64,000 nt of DNA from Phoronis australis (lineage: Eukaryota; Animalia; Phoronida). Of this stretch, positions 1 to 28,200 are shown in pieces. Location of the stretch: positions 280,770 to 344,769 of the forward strand of contig NMRA01000419.1 in the NCBI GenBank assembly GCA_002633005.1. The letters are read 5' to 3'. The stretch's first letter is position 1. Every line of letters starts with the position of its first letter. The position numbers and the translations under genes are program-made. The notes beneath the pieces are model-generated. The model saw only the letters and a program-made list of their open reading frames with translations, ran no database searches and was not told the DNA's origin.

Positions 1-1030
1 GATTTGAGTTATTAGTTTACGGATTAAACCTTACATGGGCCTTGATCTAGGCTACATGTATGTTGTCAATTATCGTCCTGTAACACAGATAACGACCTTA
101 TTGTGACAGTATCATTTATAAAAACTCTATCTTGGATTTACACCGCCGTACACAAAGGGCGTATACATTGATATATGTATTCCGCAGGTGTTTATACGGA
201 CATTTACGAATATCACTTCATATTACAATTACAAGTGTACCGTAAACGTCTGTTTCTAGATATCAATTCACCTACACTGCACCACACACTCAAAAATATT
301 TGATTATTAGACGCATAGATTCAAGGTGCTCGCAGAATATTTCCTTCTGACCTAATTCACCAATGTTTATCATTCTGTACCTTAGTTGAAGACCTGCTTC
401 TTTCACAAAGCAAAGCTGCAGGAGATTTTGTGATGTCAGCGGTTTCTATGATGGACGTTTGCTTCAATTTTGTGAAGATCCCATAACAGTTAAATGACTA
501 CAATCATAGCACTATGCCTCATAAATATCTACAAAATAAGATCCCATAAAAGCAAGTTTTCTGAGTTTAAACACTGTGACGAAGTACAGTGATCAGTGGG
601 TGACCCTACTGACGACACGAGCAGTAAACGCTAGCGGACGGTACGTGTACCTTATTGGAGACGAGTGCTTGAGGAGCCGCTTCCTGTATTCACCAGATTC
701 CAGCACCAGAGACAGTACCAGGGTAGTAAGTGTATACACTATTCAGTATCTTACAATACATACACTATATACTATGCATGTATAATCATTGGTAAACACT
801 ATGGAACGGTCTTCTGGTTTATAAATTCACTACAGAGTAAACATTTGTTCATTGAGGAATATTTCGGGTAATTAATTGCTGATAAGATTCGACGGCAATA
901 GCCTACCATGGGTAAAATCTCTGTTTACACACACAGAACCCTGACATCTTGTTTTCATAAACGAGACGTGCTAGTTTAGTATTCTCGGAAGCACTGCACA
1001 TCACGTTTTAGGAGAACACCAAGATGCAAC

Positions 1031-1151
1031 TATAAATGAGTTGAGCCAATGACTAGATGACCCAATGGTTGACAGGTGAATGAACCGGTACTACTTATGA
1101 TACGCGCACGAATATTTACAGGTGCGCAACTCGCCTGGTTACCGTAGTAAA
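1031..1151 (+). promoter_or_regulatory. Candidate tubulin promoter elements: TATA-like TATAAAT (~1031) and RFX X-box-like GTTACCGTAGTAAA (1138-1151)
   Basis: Motif matches 70-190 nt upstream of the ATG; the X-box match is imperfect and the TSS is unknown. Confidence 0.3.
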
Positions 1152-1222
1152 ACTTGCAGTACACAAGAGAAGCCTTGCCGAATTGACGCTTAAAAGGGAC
1201 TTGCAGCAAAGGCCTTGCGAAA

Positions 1223-13562
<12,340 letters not shown>

Positions 13563-13668
13563 TGTAGACAAATTTCTCGATAATTCACCAATCACTGAAT
13601 ACCGACACTTCCTAATGAATGACGTGTAAGACGTCAAAGTAAAATGTATCTATTATTAAAGCTTTGAG

Positions 13669-13674
13669 AATAAA
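13669..13674 (+). terminator. Polyadenylation signal of beta-tubulin
   Basis: AATAAA about 105 nt after the stop codon, with ATTAAA just upstream. Confidence 0.55.
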
Positions 13675-16600
13675 TAATAATAATCCGGGAATTTCTGAAT
13701 TAATTAAGGTTATGTAAGGCCCTAGAAAAATGTCCAAATGTGGAAAATTTCGGAGCATCGTATCTCAGAAATATCTGATCAAATTCATATGAAACTTTTA
13801 GTTGCTCTGCATTGTTTAACGTTCTCCAATACGCTGTTTAAAAATTGTTTTCTGCAGTTTTGCGCGAGGGGCTATCAAAACATAGTACTTTTTTCATGAA
13901 AACATATCAAAATTGAATTAAACGAAAACGAAAAGATAATTCAGAAAACTATAACAGCGTTTTTGAGAGTTCATCTTGAACATTTATGTCATGCTTTTGG
14001 TACCGTTGCTATCGATGTTCCTTTCTTTGTTAAATTTCATCACAAAGACAATGGTCACATGATTCAATTTATTTCTTTATTTTCTATTTATTAATGTAGT
14101 ATTTACAATGAGGGTAGCCCCATCAGTTCACACTGTTTTCCATGGGGGCCCTCAATTAACATGTGGGTGTTGTCCGACAAAAATCAAATTCTACGAGTTT
14201 CCATATTCAGAAAATGTATGCTCTTACTTAGTTAGCATCTAGTTTTTGTAGATATTTGACTAAATGAAAACATATCGATAAATTACTACATAGCTTTAAC
14301 ATCGCAGGCTCAAGATTAAAGAGCTCTCACCAGAGATCAATTCAACATTTCCTGAATATTCGCCCAACGCGCCCAACGCTAGGAAACGGTTGGAGTCAGG
14401 TTGAACCTGTTGTTCTACAGAATGAACACGCTGGAATTGTTCAACGATTTCCCTCCAGTTCTGAAATGTAGTAGGGGATAGATATGTGTTAGGTCAGAGG
14501 GCCGTAGGCACAGGTTCATGCCGAAATTGTTAAATAAAATTTCCATACCGACGAAGATGTCGCTTTGGGCGTATTTGTTTTATTTACACATCAGTTGACG
14601 TCAACGGCATTGATCTTACTTATAATTTCAGTCACTATAACTATAAAGTTCACTTTCATGACTAATCCAGATAAATCCTTATGTACATCTTCAGTTTCCA
14701 TGGGAGATAATCGAGCCCTTACCACGTGTCCAATACGCTGTTTGGTATTGTTTTGAACTGTTTTACTTGTGCATAAAGGAATTCATGATTTTAACTTGCT
14801 TAAAACATATAAAAGTGCAAAGTTCTTTTAACACGTTTTTACGACTTCGTCGTCAGTATTAATATCAAACGAATTTTGATAATTTTTAATACCGTGGTTT
14901 TGACGATCACTTGCTTGGCCACTAGCAGAATCAGGAGGTCGGAGGACCTTCCCGATCCGTTATTACTTGAGAGGGTTACGAGTGATCTCGAAATGCCGTT
15001 GAACATTGGAATGGTGTTTAGTAAACGATTGTTATCCTGTGGTAACTGTCAAAATAAAACCAAACGATAATCATGTTACTTGACCTATCGCATTTTTCAA
15101 AATGCAAGGAAAGCACACAAAGCCTGGCTAGTTCCGTCGGAGTTCAGGTTCAGCTGGTAATATTAACTGGAAGACATTACCAGGACTAGTAAGGTCTTCC
15201 TGAGATTGATCAATGAAGCTTCTTAGCTTTTTATCACATATCTTTAATGTCACCAAATTATACATCATTTTACCGTGTAGCGGTTGTTTACATTTGTTCA
15301 ATTTCCAAAAGTACATGAAGGGAATAAACATAGGTTGAAAATTTCAACCACGTAAAAAATCTGCCGTTCATTCCGAGATGTTTACCGGCTGCGACGGAGT
15401 CACAGGTACTCTGGTTAAGTTATAAATGTCAGTGACCGTATACAACAACTATTTAGTGCAAAAATAATATGTCTTGTGAATTGGCTTTATAACAATATTC
15501 ATTTTTGATAAATGAGAAGACCGATTTCACCATTTGAGATTTTATCGACCTAACTTTGACCGATAACTTGATAAAAGTAATTATGGAGTGAACTGCAGCT
15601 CCACGTTTGTTTAGTAGTCATTTGTCAAACGAACGATAGGTTAACGTAGCAGTTTGTCATACCAGCAAACTTGGCGGAGCATCGGAGATAAAAAGTTTAC
15701 ATGACGCCGAGATATTCTATACCGTTACGGTGCTCTCAATCCTTCGAGTTTGGCCCCATTGCCCCCTGAGAAATATTGAAAAATCACACAAAATTCCCCT
15801 CACGCTATCCAAAAATCCCCCTTAAGTTATTGAAAATTACCCTCGAGGTTTGAATGAGTTGTAACTCACACAGGTGACAATTTGAGAGAGTAGAGTGGTT
15901 ACTTGAGGCAACTAGAGCCTGCTACTTGAGGCAGAGCCTGCTACTTGAGGCAGAGTCTGTGATGGCTTGCAACAGGATGGGGGAGCTGTTGATGATGAAC
16001 AGGAGATTGAATTTTCTCCTCACCCCGAAATATTCCACACTTAGAAGGCACACGCACCTTTCCTCTTCGATGAACGAGGACCCTACGTTGTAATCAGTAA
16101 CATGAAAAGCCCATCATGTAAGTTCACTGTAGTCACGCATCGAGTACATGACCATGGCCATACAGACCGACAACAATCGTGCTTGTGTGAGCGTACGGAC
16201 GGGACCGGTTGTACTGTTATTATTGTAGACGACCTATAAACAGATCATGTGATTTGAGGTTTGTTTAATTTATCGGTGCTGGAAATCAGTGAGGCTGTCC
16301 CTGGTTTAACAGTACCGTATTAACAAAGTATGGCGTTCTTGCCGGGTAACAGCTGGATCCCCGCTTTTCAGGTAGACAGTTGTAATATCATGAACAACTG
16401 CCGCTCACGAGGCCATGTTCGATCTGGAGGAGAATGGCCAAACAAGACCACTGATGAGCCAATGCCACACGTTGAGTGTGGCCAGTGGAATAAGTGTCGC
16501 TTCCCTCAGTTTATTCAGGGTCGTGGGTTCGTAAGTCGGTCACTGGACACTGCTACACCCTTGATTCAGGTATCTAGCTCCTCAGCTCGCTTTTAATAAA

Positions 16601-16734
16601 GGATAAACATGATCACAGGTGATGGCAGTGCATTCATAGGCCCACCCGCTTAGCGGCCTGACACAACGTGTACTCGCAGATCGCTTGCAATTATTTTTAT
16701 AATCAATATTGTTTATACAATGTAACCCTTACTT

Positions 16735-16969
16735 CATGCGCGCACCCAGCCTTCAATATGGGGGGCTCGAATTCCTGACGTTGTGGACCTTTTGCTAACA
16801 AAAGAGCGGGTGGACTAAAAAGATAAAAAAACGGGAGCACCACTGCGCGTTTGAGATTATTTAGTCCCATTTTCTTGGACTTTTTGTCTCTCAGGGGCGG
16901 ACCTTCTTGCCCACTTCGTCAAATGGGGTGCTCGCTTGAGCTCCCCCCCCCACCCTGAGTGCGCGCATG
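16735..16969. mobile_element. MITE, copy 1 of a family also at 35366-35620 and ~38509-38740
   Basis: TIRs CATGCGCGCACCCAG / CTGAGTGCGCGCATG; internal GGACCTTTT..TAACAA and GGCGGACCTT segments shared between copies. Confidence 0.7.
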
Positions 16970-19275
16970 ATTTAAAGGGATGGGTCAATTTAACTCGTTT
17001 AGCCAAGTACCAGTGCAACTAGATCACTACAACGAATTACTGCTTTGTAATACTGGTCAGCTTTAAAATCGGAACAATTTGACTCTTTCTTACAAAGTAG
17101 TGGTAAAATCGGCAAGCATGACTGACGATTTAAAGGAGTTGATTGACTGCATTGGAAATGCAGGAATAGGTATGAAATAGTGAGAAGTTGTCTTAGCTTC
17201 ATCAGATTTTTATTTGAAAGAAATAACGGCGTGTAAAATAGTAGTTGTCACCGATTTTTTATGAAGTCAACGAAGAGTCCGTGTTTCGTTTTAAACCAAG
17301 GGAACTAACCAAACGACTTGAAGCATTCGGTGTAGGGTAGACTCGATCGAGACGATCGGGTGGTGAGTGGATACGCCGATCGACGTATTTTCTTCAAAGC
17401 ACATTCGTACCCCAATCGAGAAGGGCCCTGGTGGCAGCTTCAACTGCTGTTCTTCTCATGTCTTTGAAATTATACATCCTTTTATATTTACAAGCCCCTA
17501 CTCTGGGGGATCCGTTTATGGCATCTATATATGGTCATCTTTTTATTCACATCTTTTCCACTTATAGGGGCGCTCACGTGGGGAGACCCCAGTAATGGGA
17601 CCAAATGCTTCAATCTTCCTGTAAATAATGGGTTCCAAATTACTGAGCCAAAGATAATGTACGCGGGGCTTGCTCCCCGCGGAGATGTTCATTTCGGCGA
17701 GGTGTGAGCCAGCAAAATTGCTGTCACCGTTTAGACGGTAGTATTGTCTACTCGACGAGTGAATAGGAGGAAGGTGGCTCAGTTTGAACATCGAAACAGT
17801 CGACGGTACACCAGTGATGATATCAGATGCACCCTCTCTAAGACCATACTCTATTGTAGACCTAATGGAGATACCGGTACCGCGAAAATTACATGTCAGT
17901 GACAGACAGAAATACCCCATTAAACAATTGAAACCAATTAATCTAGACTCTCGAAGTAAAGCTTGCGTAAGCTAAATATCATTAGTATTTTGCTAAGTGC
18001 ACGAGCTCATAGCATGATCGCCAACATCACTAAATGAGGCAGAGTACGGTTTTCGGCCGATTCCCTTTCGCCGACATGCAGCGGTTCCCCATTTCTCCAA
18101 CGCCCAAGTTTTTATTCGTATACTGCGTTCTTGTCGGCTCCTGATCAACTGGTACTCTGAGGGAGAGCACGTGGCATACGGCGCATCAGGGAGGAGTTCA
18201 ATAACGCTAGTACTTCGCTAGAAAAGCAAGACCGCGCGGGATTCCTCGAGGCATCATCGTGCATTTCCAAAGGGAACACGTGATTTTGGTTAGATTTTCT
18301 CCGGCGAGACACCTAGCGCCTATATGGACTCTACTCAGATCACTAGGCGGTAAGATGCTAACGGGAAGTGATGTCGTTGCCAATTAAGTTATCTTTAGCG
18401 GAACTTGGGGGGCACAGAACAGTTCTCACAGGGGTTTTCCTATGAGAACACACGTCAATGGACTCGCTGTACCCTTCTTCACTCTGTCAATAACTGCACC
18501 GGCATGCAATTTTTTAGTCATTTCACATCACAAGCCCTACAGATGAGCACAGAAACTTCATTCTCTCTTGTATTTTTTACCCTTTCACTCCAACTGAAAA
18601 GCAAGCTAGACTAAGAAAAAGCGGCAAAAACACCCCGCAAAATCGGCACTTTTCACCCCAAAACCACCACTCATTCCCTGCAGATGTTCAACTAAAGCCA
18701 ACATTAGATTCTGAAAATAAATTTCCTACCGATTCCAAAAATGTGGTCCAAAAGTACTGTCAAGCAACTATTTTTTTGCAAATCTGGCTTGTTTGAGAGC
18801 CACCTGAAATCACAGCCAATTTCTCAGTCTTTACCCAGCAAAGCAGAATTGCAATAGGGTGCCGCCATCTTGAAGAAAAGTGCAACTACAGCCGAGCAAA
18901 TGGTCTTTTTTCATTCTCAATTTGTTCACAAATACAAACAAACCACATTCACATGACCTAACGCAATACCTAACTAAAAATGCTCTTAAGCCTGGCTTAC
19001 CCCTAGATTTTAATATTTTGGGACTGCAAATTGGCCGCGGTCGCAGCCTATCTGTTCAGTGCCACCATTCGCTGCTGCGTAGTGGAACCGCAGTGAATGA
19101 CCCTGGATGCAGAACTATGTCACGATCTTTGCTCCCAATCAGCTGTTTGGCTCAAGCAAACGTATTAATACAAGGGCTCACCTCGTGCCGGCAATCCGGT
19201 TGAATCCAGTTTTTGCGCGAATCTGAAGAATTTATACACGATGCATCTGTTATTACGCTATCTTAGTCTGAGACA

Positions 19276-22200
19276 ATGAAGGAGAAAGAGAGCGAACCGT
19301 TACCGATAGATCGTGGATGGGCGTGGATGGTTGCACTGGGTTCGTATTGTTATTTCAAGTCTGTTGAGTTCACGCGTACATTTGCTTCGAAGTAAACTAA
19401 CAGGGTTTACATGTATTTCTTTGTTAAACCCGCATGTCCAAAAATATTAATACAGCGAGTCCGTTGTTTTTGCGTTGCATAATTGTTGGAGAAATAGTAC
19501 ATGTGATCGGTAATTGCTTGTAAACTCAGAAATCAGCTGATAAGCTGTTTGTGGATAATATTCGTAAATATGTTTGACCATTGATATCCCTGCCGCGTCG
19601 TCAATGGTGTTTACTTAACATGGAGCGGCGTGAAAGCAAAACAACCGTTTAAATTTTCGAATTTCCTAAACAATGACTGAGGTAAATAATGTGCCACAGT
19701 GATGTGAACCAACTTGAAGCCAGTGTGTTGAAGTGGTCGCACGCATGATCAGGGGCGGATTCAGAATTTTTAGTTAGGGGGGCCAGGGCACAGGAATAAC
19801 CAGAATTCCGCCATATGAGCGTTCCCAGACTAAAACGTAGGGATGCAGGGGTCTCGAAATTTTGGGTTTGTGGACCTAATTACTAAAAAAAAAACGGTAA
19901 ACGGGGTTTGTTCAAGGCCTATGCTTTGTGCATTCGCCCCTGGGTGCGCGCAGATGCTACTCAGCAATTCGCAACCCGAACTCCCAAATGGTATCTGGAA
20001 GAATTTTAGGGGGGAGGGGCATGGTCCCCTTGCCCCCCGCTCCCTCCCCTAAATCCGCCACTGGCAATAACACTGAACTTAACTCAGAAATCGCATCTCT
20101 TATATGACTAACCTAAGGAACAGAATAAAGAGAGGCTGAAAACCCGTCACGTCTGTAAAATCAACAGTTTAGGTTAGATAACGTGTATCTCAGATTAGAA
20201 TTGATTTCTAGGTTTGAGAAGAACAGTTCAGGCCATTTTATTAGACCTTGTGATCCATGCTTGTCGCGGCTCGTGAGTTTACGTCGCCTATGGCTGTCAA
20301 GGGCAGGAATCCAGGGGCCTTGTCCGTGAAAAGTGGCGGCTTAAGTCAAGAAATGGTATCACGCTGCCTCTTCTTTATTACTGAAGACAATTATTGCAAT
20401 GCTATTGTTGCAACATAACGGCTTAGCAATAGTCCCTATTTTTGATTAATTAGTAGTTTTTGGTACATTCTTTGGCAATTTGTACTTTATCGCATTGACA
20501 GATTTAGTCATAGTTTTTGAAATTGTGGAGCGTCGTATTTTTTTACAACATAAGACCCCATGCAAATTATTGTAGAGAATTCCAATGCAAGGATAGAAAC
20601 ACAACAAGGTTGCATTAGAAGACCAAATTATCTAAAGGGCTTTAGTCGTGCCGTGAGTCGGGAGACGGGTTTACACGAGCACTCGGGTATATATGTATTG
20701 AATAGATACCACTGATGTGAATGACGGAAGAGATTTGGCGAACCACAGACAGTGATGTTGCTTGGTGTACATTATTAAACATCTTCAGTCAACGAATTGA
20801 CGTTTCACACTTCTAGCTTGTAGGCCTACACATGAAAAAGACATCCTACAAAGAGATCAAAACGTAGTGTGTGTGTGTTTAAAAAGCTTTACTTACTCAA
20901 TGAAAATGGTGTGACTTTTTAGTTGTTTGTAGTATTGCACGGTATGTTTAGCTCATGGCTGTCTTGAACTTTGCATCAACGACAAGGTTCAATGACAAGT
21001 GGTTACGAGATTAGTAGAACTTAATCCACAGTGCAAATTGTCACCCCCTGTCTGGTTAGGCAGCGTCTCAGAACACAAGGTGAAGGACGAGATAGCAGTA
21101 ATGATTAATGCTAAACAAAAGGCAGAGTATCATCGCCAGAGAGTTAACAATCCCGCAAATGCAAAAATGAAAGTAAATGAAATAAGTCAAAGACTGACTG
21201 CTTACAGCAACTATTACTCATTTCGACCACTTGTTGATAATAAACCTATTGTCAGCTCTCGGTCACTAAACATTTAATTAGAACGTGAAGCAGTCGTATA
21301 TGAAGACTTCGGACTAAAAGCCCGAGTTTCGAAATTTTTGACCCTTGTTATCTTGTTGATTAATAAAAGAGTCCCGTCTATAATGCTGTGTTTACCTACG
21401 GTGCCGGCAATACGCTTGAGCTCATTTCTCAGCCAAGAGTTGATCGAAATTGTACAATTTAAAACTTCAAACTGAGTCACGATTTTTATTTAAGTCAATG
21501 ATAATTCCAAATGGAAACTTCTGACAAAGAATGGCGTGTGTCACAAATCTCGAAAAACTCATGTAGAAAACAGTCAATGAAGCTATAACCGCATTGTTGT
21601 TGTAATTAATTGGTGACTTGAACAATGCCATAGGGAGTCTTTGAAATCAAGGACAGCATTTTTTAAAGATTAAGGAAAAGTAGTTTTTCGTAAAATGAAT
21701 ATAAAAATGTATGAGTCACAAACGTTTTTCTTCTTATTCCCAAACGTTGATTCATGTCTATCACGCTGTGAGATCGGTTATGTAGGACGTGTCGATAACT
21801 TTAACCTATATATAGTCAAGTATCAAAAATTTTGTTTTATATGATTGCCATAATATTTGTCCGTCAAAAGTGCCACGTTGTATCCTGACGGCGTCCGCGA
21901 TTCAAAATTTCTTTAAGTAGTTCCGGAAACACATACATGATATCAATTTGAGATATACAAGAACACTTTCTATTAAAAGATTAAACTAACTTTCAAATAC
22001 CTTAGAATTAAAGTCCTGACACTCTCCGCTTCCTCAAGCCCAGGCAAGACGGTGAGTATTTTCTTCAGATTACACGCGTGGCAAATACTCTCCGCGTGGG
22101 GTCTATCAAAGCTGAGAAAATCAGTCCTTCTTGCGACAATGCGGCAGCACGTTTGACACGCAAAATATTTTTCAGAGACCCTAGAAACTTTCTCGGAGAA

Positions 22201-25200
22201 AGTTGCTCATCGTATGGGCTCGCAACATTGCCTCGCTTGCCGACCAATGAGTCACGTGAAGCCATAATGGCAGCGCCATGTGATAACCCCCCCTGAATAC
22301 GAACATAATATTTTGCTTTTATAAGCATTGTGTTGTTTCCACAGTGCCGTTGTCAGCCGTGACGCGATGTGATATACCTGAAAGAGGCTCATAAATGCCC
22401 CTTTATTGTGCCTCGTGCCAAGCACTAACGAATTATCAATTCTTCCCGAAGCAGAACTTGCTTCTAAACTCATAAAGGAACACGTGGCTAGATAACGGGA
22501 AGCGGCTTCTATCAAAAGATATCTTCTGAGAGAAGGCAGGTTCACTGTAACCTATGAAACGCCAAGAGTTCTTAATCGATTACCTTTCTGCGCGTTGAAA
22601 TGTTCTTGTTCTACGCGTACTGTTGCTTAATAAATGCGTAGCATTGCGCTGAACAACTAATTCAGCTTGTTGATAAAGCAACAGTGCGCGTTGGATAAGA
22701 ACATAATGATAATCGTTTAAAAACCAATTTAATGCGTTGATAACTATTAGTGCGCGTTGATCAACTAATTCAACGGGCTGATCTGATTAAGCACTCCGGT
22801 GCGTTGGTAAAGCAATTAAACAGTGCGCGTTGAATAACAACAGGAAGACAAACACTTAAAAACCAACGCGTTGAATAACTTATTCTACGCGTTGACTAAG
22901 CAGCAGTGCACGTTGACGAACACACGCACGTTGCTCGTCAGTTTTTTGCTACATCTTTCGGGGAAATAATGGCAACTTCGTTGAAGTAAAATTACTCATT
23001 TAGTTTGCTGATAGTAACTTAAAAAACGTATATGAAATGAAACCGACGCCGGTAACTTGTTGATAATTGCGCACTATCTTGTGGAAAATGACCAGATGCT
23101 TGAAGAATCGGCCTCGGTCAAAAAAAGTTGGCCAATGTAGATGACTGTATTTCGGCGCTGGAAGACGACGAATATTTAAGACCAGAATAACTGGAAAGGG
23201 GCAGGTTTTGGAGCCAGTATAGTTCAGTTTATTCAAGGAAGAATGTAATTTTTAATGACATTGTTTTTCAGATTTTATTTCGCCAGTATTTTCCCACATC
23301 GTTCCAAATTTGTATATTTATGCAGTTCTGTGCCAAGGCTACATACTTTAACTGGAGCTTATAACACGACGCTCTCTAAAGCATAGTGTCGATTCACTGT
23401 ATAATCTCATTTTTTTATTTTAGGCGCATCTGGCAATTTAGTGTTGAGCGCTCTAGTCAACCGATCACTGGGAATTCTTTTCGTCGAAATTCTTCTGAAC
23501 TTCCCGGGAGATGTCTCCACTGTTGCCTGGGTACCTGCAATACACTTCTTTTGTTTCCTGGCAATAAGTGAGTATTAATCTTAAGTCGCATTCAAACTTG
23601 CACTTAGTCAAAACATAATCACGGGAAAATTAAAACAGAAACGGTAACTATTTCAAAAAGGAAGGTTTTTTCTGTTTTTTCCAAGGTGTTGAAAATTGAC
23701 CATTGTTTACACATTTGCGCACTAGGAAATTCTTGTCAGGATTACGTTATAACATATAGCTTTACGACGATATACATTTATTATCTTGATCNNNNNNNNN
23801 NNNNNNGGGGGGCGACGTGCCCCTCCCAAAAAAAAATTTTCAGGCGTCTGGGTAAAACCATGGCAACCGACATAGGCGTGGGGCCGGGGACAATCGAGGA
23901 AAGAAAGACTACGAAATACGGATAAGAGAAAAATTTCAAGAGAACATTTAACAACTCCGTATCAGTGCATGGTTTACCTTTTGAGGACTCTGGCCAGGAC
24001 ATTGTTGTTAGGGTCTCCGCTTTTGCAGCACAGGTCGTCTAAACGCACTTGAAAACGTGCACGTAATTATTCATACACATATTTCGAAAAATGGAGAAAA
24101 TTTGTAAAACGAAGCTTTTGCGGAGCGTATTAATTTACTGGATTTTTAATTCAATAAATCAATTTTGCGAATGCAAAACAATATTTTTCCAGAGGACCTG
24201 TCTGTCAAGAGATAACGGAGATAACTGTCGCTTTATTTTTATTTCTCAAAATTGTTTATCACTTGAGAAAAATTGGTGACCTGACAGATCTATTGATGCG
24301 CATTTCTTGATTTTTGAAAATATAGATAATTTCGTATTTAGGGGCCCCGCCCTTGAAGGAGGCCATCCATTGATGACATTCAAGTGGTCACCCTTTTTGT
24401 GTTTTTATTGATAAAATCTTAAGGCACCGCTCACGGAGAGAGGACCCAATATTGGAATCGATTACCTCTATTTTCCTGTTTTTTGTGAAATCGTGCCATC
24501 GGCTTTCATGTTGAAGAAGGTCGCTTCCTGTACCGTCTTGTGACCACACGACGGTGGAATGCACTGTCACTCTTTTCCAAGCTTAATGATGTTTAGCCTT
24601 TCATATTAAGGTGTCTCTCGTTGGAACATAGAGTAAATGTCCCTTTGTCCCTCTATACACTCCCAAATATTCGGCCGAGGGGACGTTGAGATTCCAAATT
24701 CATCAAAAAACACAAACCATTTGTGCACAACACTGCAGTACCAAGACGTTCTACTCAAACAACCAAAAAAATGTGAAAAGGTACAATAGGATTGACCGCC
24801 ATCGAAAGGGTGAAATTTTGAAGAACGTGAATACCACTATTTTTGAATTACACAGAAGGACTATTTCCGATGGTTAGTTATAAACTAATGTTATTGTATC
24901 ACAAGAGTAGTATTTCTTTTGAAGATGGTTACTATGAGTTGTTTGTAAGGAATTCCCACATGTGGAAAACAGTACTGTCGAGGCTACTGTTTGTGATAAC
25001 CGTGTACATGTCGAACCAGGGTACTCAAAGAACTCTCGCAATAATAAACAAAGATTTCGGCTTTTTTGTCCGTGGAGTTCATGTCTACCTCGTGAACCGT
25101 CATAGGTACGTCTAAAATGATCAAAATACCCCTTACTACGAATGCTCAATCTCCCATATTCCCCCGCTTACCCGTCAAAAGTCTGCGATCATGCATGCGG

Positions 25201-28200
25201 AAATTTCTTATAACATTCCGTTTTGATTAACAGATTCGTTAGTTTCAGATTTACTTGTTTATATATCTACGAAAGTCGATAGATTCATTGATGATTTTTG
25301 ACTATTAGAAGCTAACATTGTAAGAATTGATGACGTTTCTGTGAATTTAGTTGCAGCCTGAAGTTGGAAAAACTATAGTCCGATCACAAATAGTAAATTA
25401 CACCTAGGAACCAGTACACGTAGACAATTTTTGCCTATCTAAAATAACTCTCAAGACATTTGATGAAATTCGGACAATTCCCAAAAATATACTTACAATT
25501 CAAACGGCAGTAAAAGCATTTCTTTTCGACTTAGATATAAGATTTGTCGTTTAAACTCACAAACAGGAGATCAAAAAGGAATTAAGACATTAAATCAAGG
25601 TAAACGCATAAATTGCTTATGGAATCGATTGTTGGTTTCTGATTTTCATGTTTATGTACAAAAATCGACTGATTGTAGATTTTTTTGACTATTAGAAGCG
25701 AATCTTTTAAGAAATGACAATGCTTCAGTGAACTTAGTTGCAATGTACATTAAACTATTTTTGTCTATCTGAAATAAGTCTCAAGCATATTGTTGAATGC
25801 CGGACAGCTCTACAAAGTGTCCCAAAATGTTATCACAATTCAAATGACAATAAATTGCTTGCAGACTTAGGAATTAGGTTACTGGTTTAAATTCACAAAC
25901 CGTAGATCGAAAAAAGCTTTAAAAGTCCTTAAAAGTTTAATTTTACTTGTTTAATAAATAAAGTTAAACTCATTGCTTAGAAAGGTTGTCTTTGTACTTC
26001 CTTTTTATTAGTTTCCACTAGCATTGCACAATAAATTTTTGTTCTTCAAAAGTGAATTGTTTGCTTGCCCTGATTCCCTTGCATACTACACAAATGAAGC
26101 ACGTAATGACTGGCGCTTCATCGTTAAAACTACGATATAACCATGCAGTAGGTCCGCGCATAATCTCAGGGATACACGGCGTTGAGGTGTGTACATTTTT
26201 GGGGCAGACTCTGCATCATTTTCCCCAACCACTAGAAACTGAAATGCCGGTCGTGTTTCACCGAGGGATTTTGGAACAGCCCTAGAGGCACTATACCAGG
26301 GACCTCGGGATCTCATCTTTTCAATAAAATACATCAAAGAACGACCACAATGGAATAAGGTTTTCCCGAAACTGGATCACAATAAAACGAGTCTTGACCT
26401 TAGAGCCAGCGCAGACGGATGCGTGCGAGCTAAGCTGCCTGTCTCAAGTGGATCATAGTTGAGCTTACCAGCAACTAGCTTTAGCACATCGGAAATTTTG
26501 TATTTTTACATAGTTAGATCTCAGCTACAGTTACTTGAGGCAGCTCCTCGCTACCCGTCGGTGCACTGGTTCTAGGCCCATTCTTACTTTCCCTGAAACT
26601 TTGTTGCTTCACGGTTACTCAACTCTTGATGGCTGCATCCCCGGGATTGTCCCCCACCTAGGGCGGGAGTGGGAGATTCGGTACAAATATGGTGGCATCA
26701 GGAGCACGGGGGCGGGGGTGGTGGCGATAGGAGGGGGGGGGTAGTTTGGCGAAGTCGAAATGGTTTGTGCCCCCCCCCCCCAATAATGTTTGCCTTCCTA
26801 CGGGCCTGTATTGTTCGTTTTTATAGGTCGATTGTATACCTAAATGACGATGCTGATCAGTTCCTATATTTCCACGACTGATTTGTACATTTCAGGTCCA
26901 TTCGTAGGGTGTTTTTGCAACGTTTTCGGTTTTCGCAAGGCGGGTTTGTTGGGCGGACTTCTCTCAGCTGCTGCCATCATATTTGCCAGCTTAGTAGATC
27001 GTCTTGAACTCCTCTTGCTTTTGTTTGGCGCACTTTCAGGTGAGTGACTGTACTTGTCCAGTGCATTGCATGCCAAAGAGGTGTACGTGAAAGCATCGAC
27101 AAGGTCTCTGATATGACCTTGACCTTTTCAGAGAGTTCAAGTAATGTGACAAGCACAACGTTTACGAGAGTTTTTTCACCAGTATACTCAGTAGATGTGG
27201 TCTACTTGAAGGGTCCTCAGCACACCCACTCCCTTTCACCAGTATACTCAGTAGATGTGGTCTACTTGAAGGGTCCTCAGCACACCCACTCCCTTTCACC
27301 AGTATACTCAGTAGATGTGGTCTACTTGAAGGGTCCTCAGCACACCCACTCCCTTTCACGCACTCAACTTTAAAAGACTGATGAATGTTAATACTATGTC
27401 AGTTATAAGGGACATGGTGTTCGAGCTGAGATTTACAAAAGAAAGTCTACTGTACAAACCCATGAGCAATGCTGTTTTCATTTTCACGTCATCTAAAGAC
27501 GGTACCAAGCCGTATAACCATTGCAACGTAACATCCAATGGCAAAGGACGAGGTTGCTCAACTTAAAAATTAAGTTGCACCTTAGCTTCATGCCAAAGCA
27601 CCCCCGGCTGCACTAAACAGCCCCAAATAGGGATTCAACTACGTTCCTCAAATCTACTGTGTATTTTTGAACTTGTGAAAACATCGATTGCTCTTTTTTG
27701 TATTGTTTTAATTTCATTTACTGAGTCAACCTTTGACTTTGATTCAAATCGAGAGTAAACTCTACGTTGAATTGTCAATATGATCGAAAATAGTTAGGGA
27801 TCTTTTCATGCAACACTCCTAATTTAAGGACTGAGTCCCTATTTATTTTCAATACTCTCTGGGCTCAGTTTTTAGTTAATGCCACTAATCAAAGAGGAGG
27901 TCACAGTAAAGATGAAGTGATAGAAAAATATTGCATCTGTGAGTCCATAAAGATACAAATACCTGTATTCATTTTATTGTAATTGTAATAAGTATAATAA
28001 ATGACCTTATATCGCCTACCTCTGTCTCCTTTTCATCTCTGGTAACGAGCTTGCGACGCACGTATCATTTATCTATTATTCGGGACATATGTCGATCATA
28101 AATACCATAACCTGGCTTGGAACGAACTGACCTCGCCGTGACTACTAGCCAACTTATCGGGTCTGGTCTCCAGTTTGGGAAAGCGGAAAAATAATTACTT

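Noticed and set aside
14370-18000. Coding-like minus-strand stretches (~14.4-15.1 kb and 17.3-17.9 kb) as transposon proteins
   Set aside because: Too many stops and no motif I could identify confidently.
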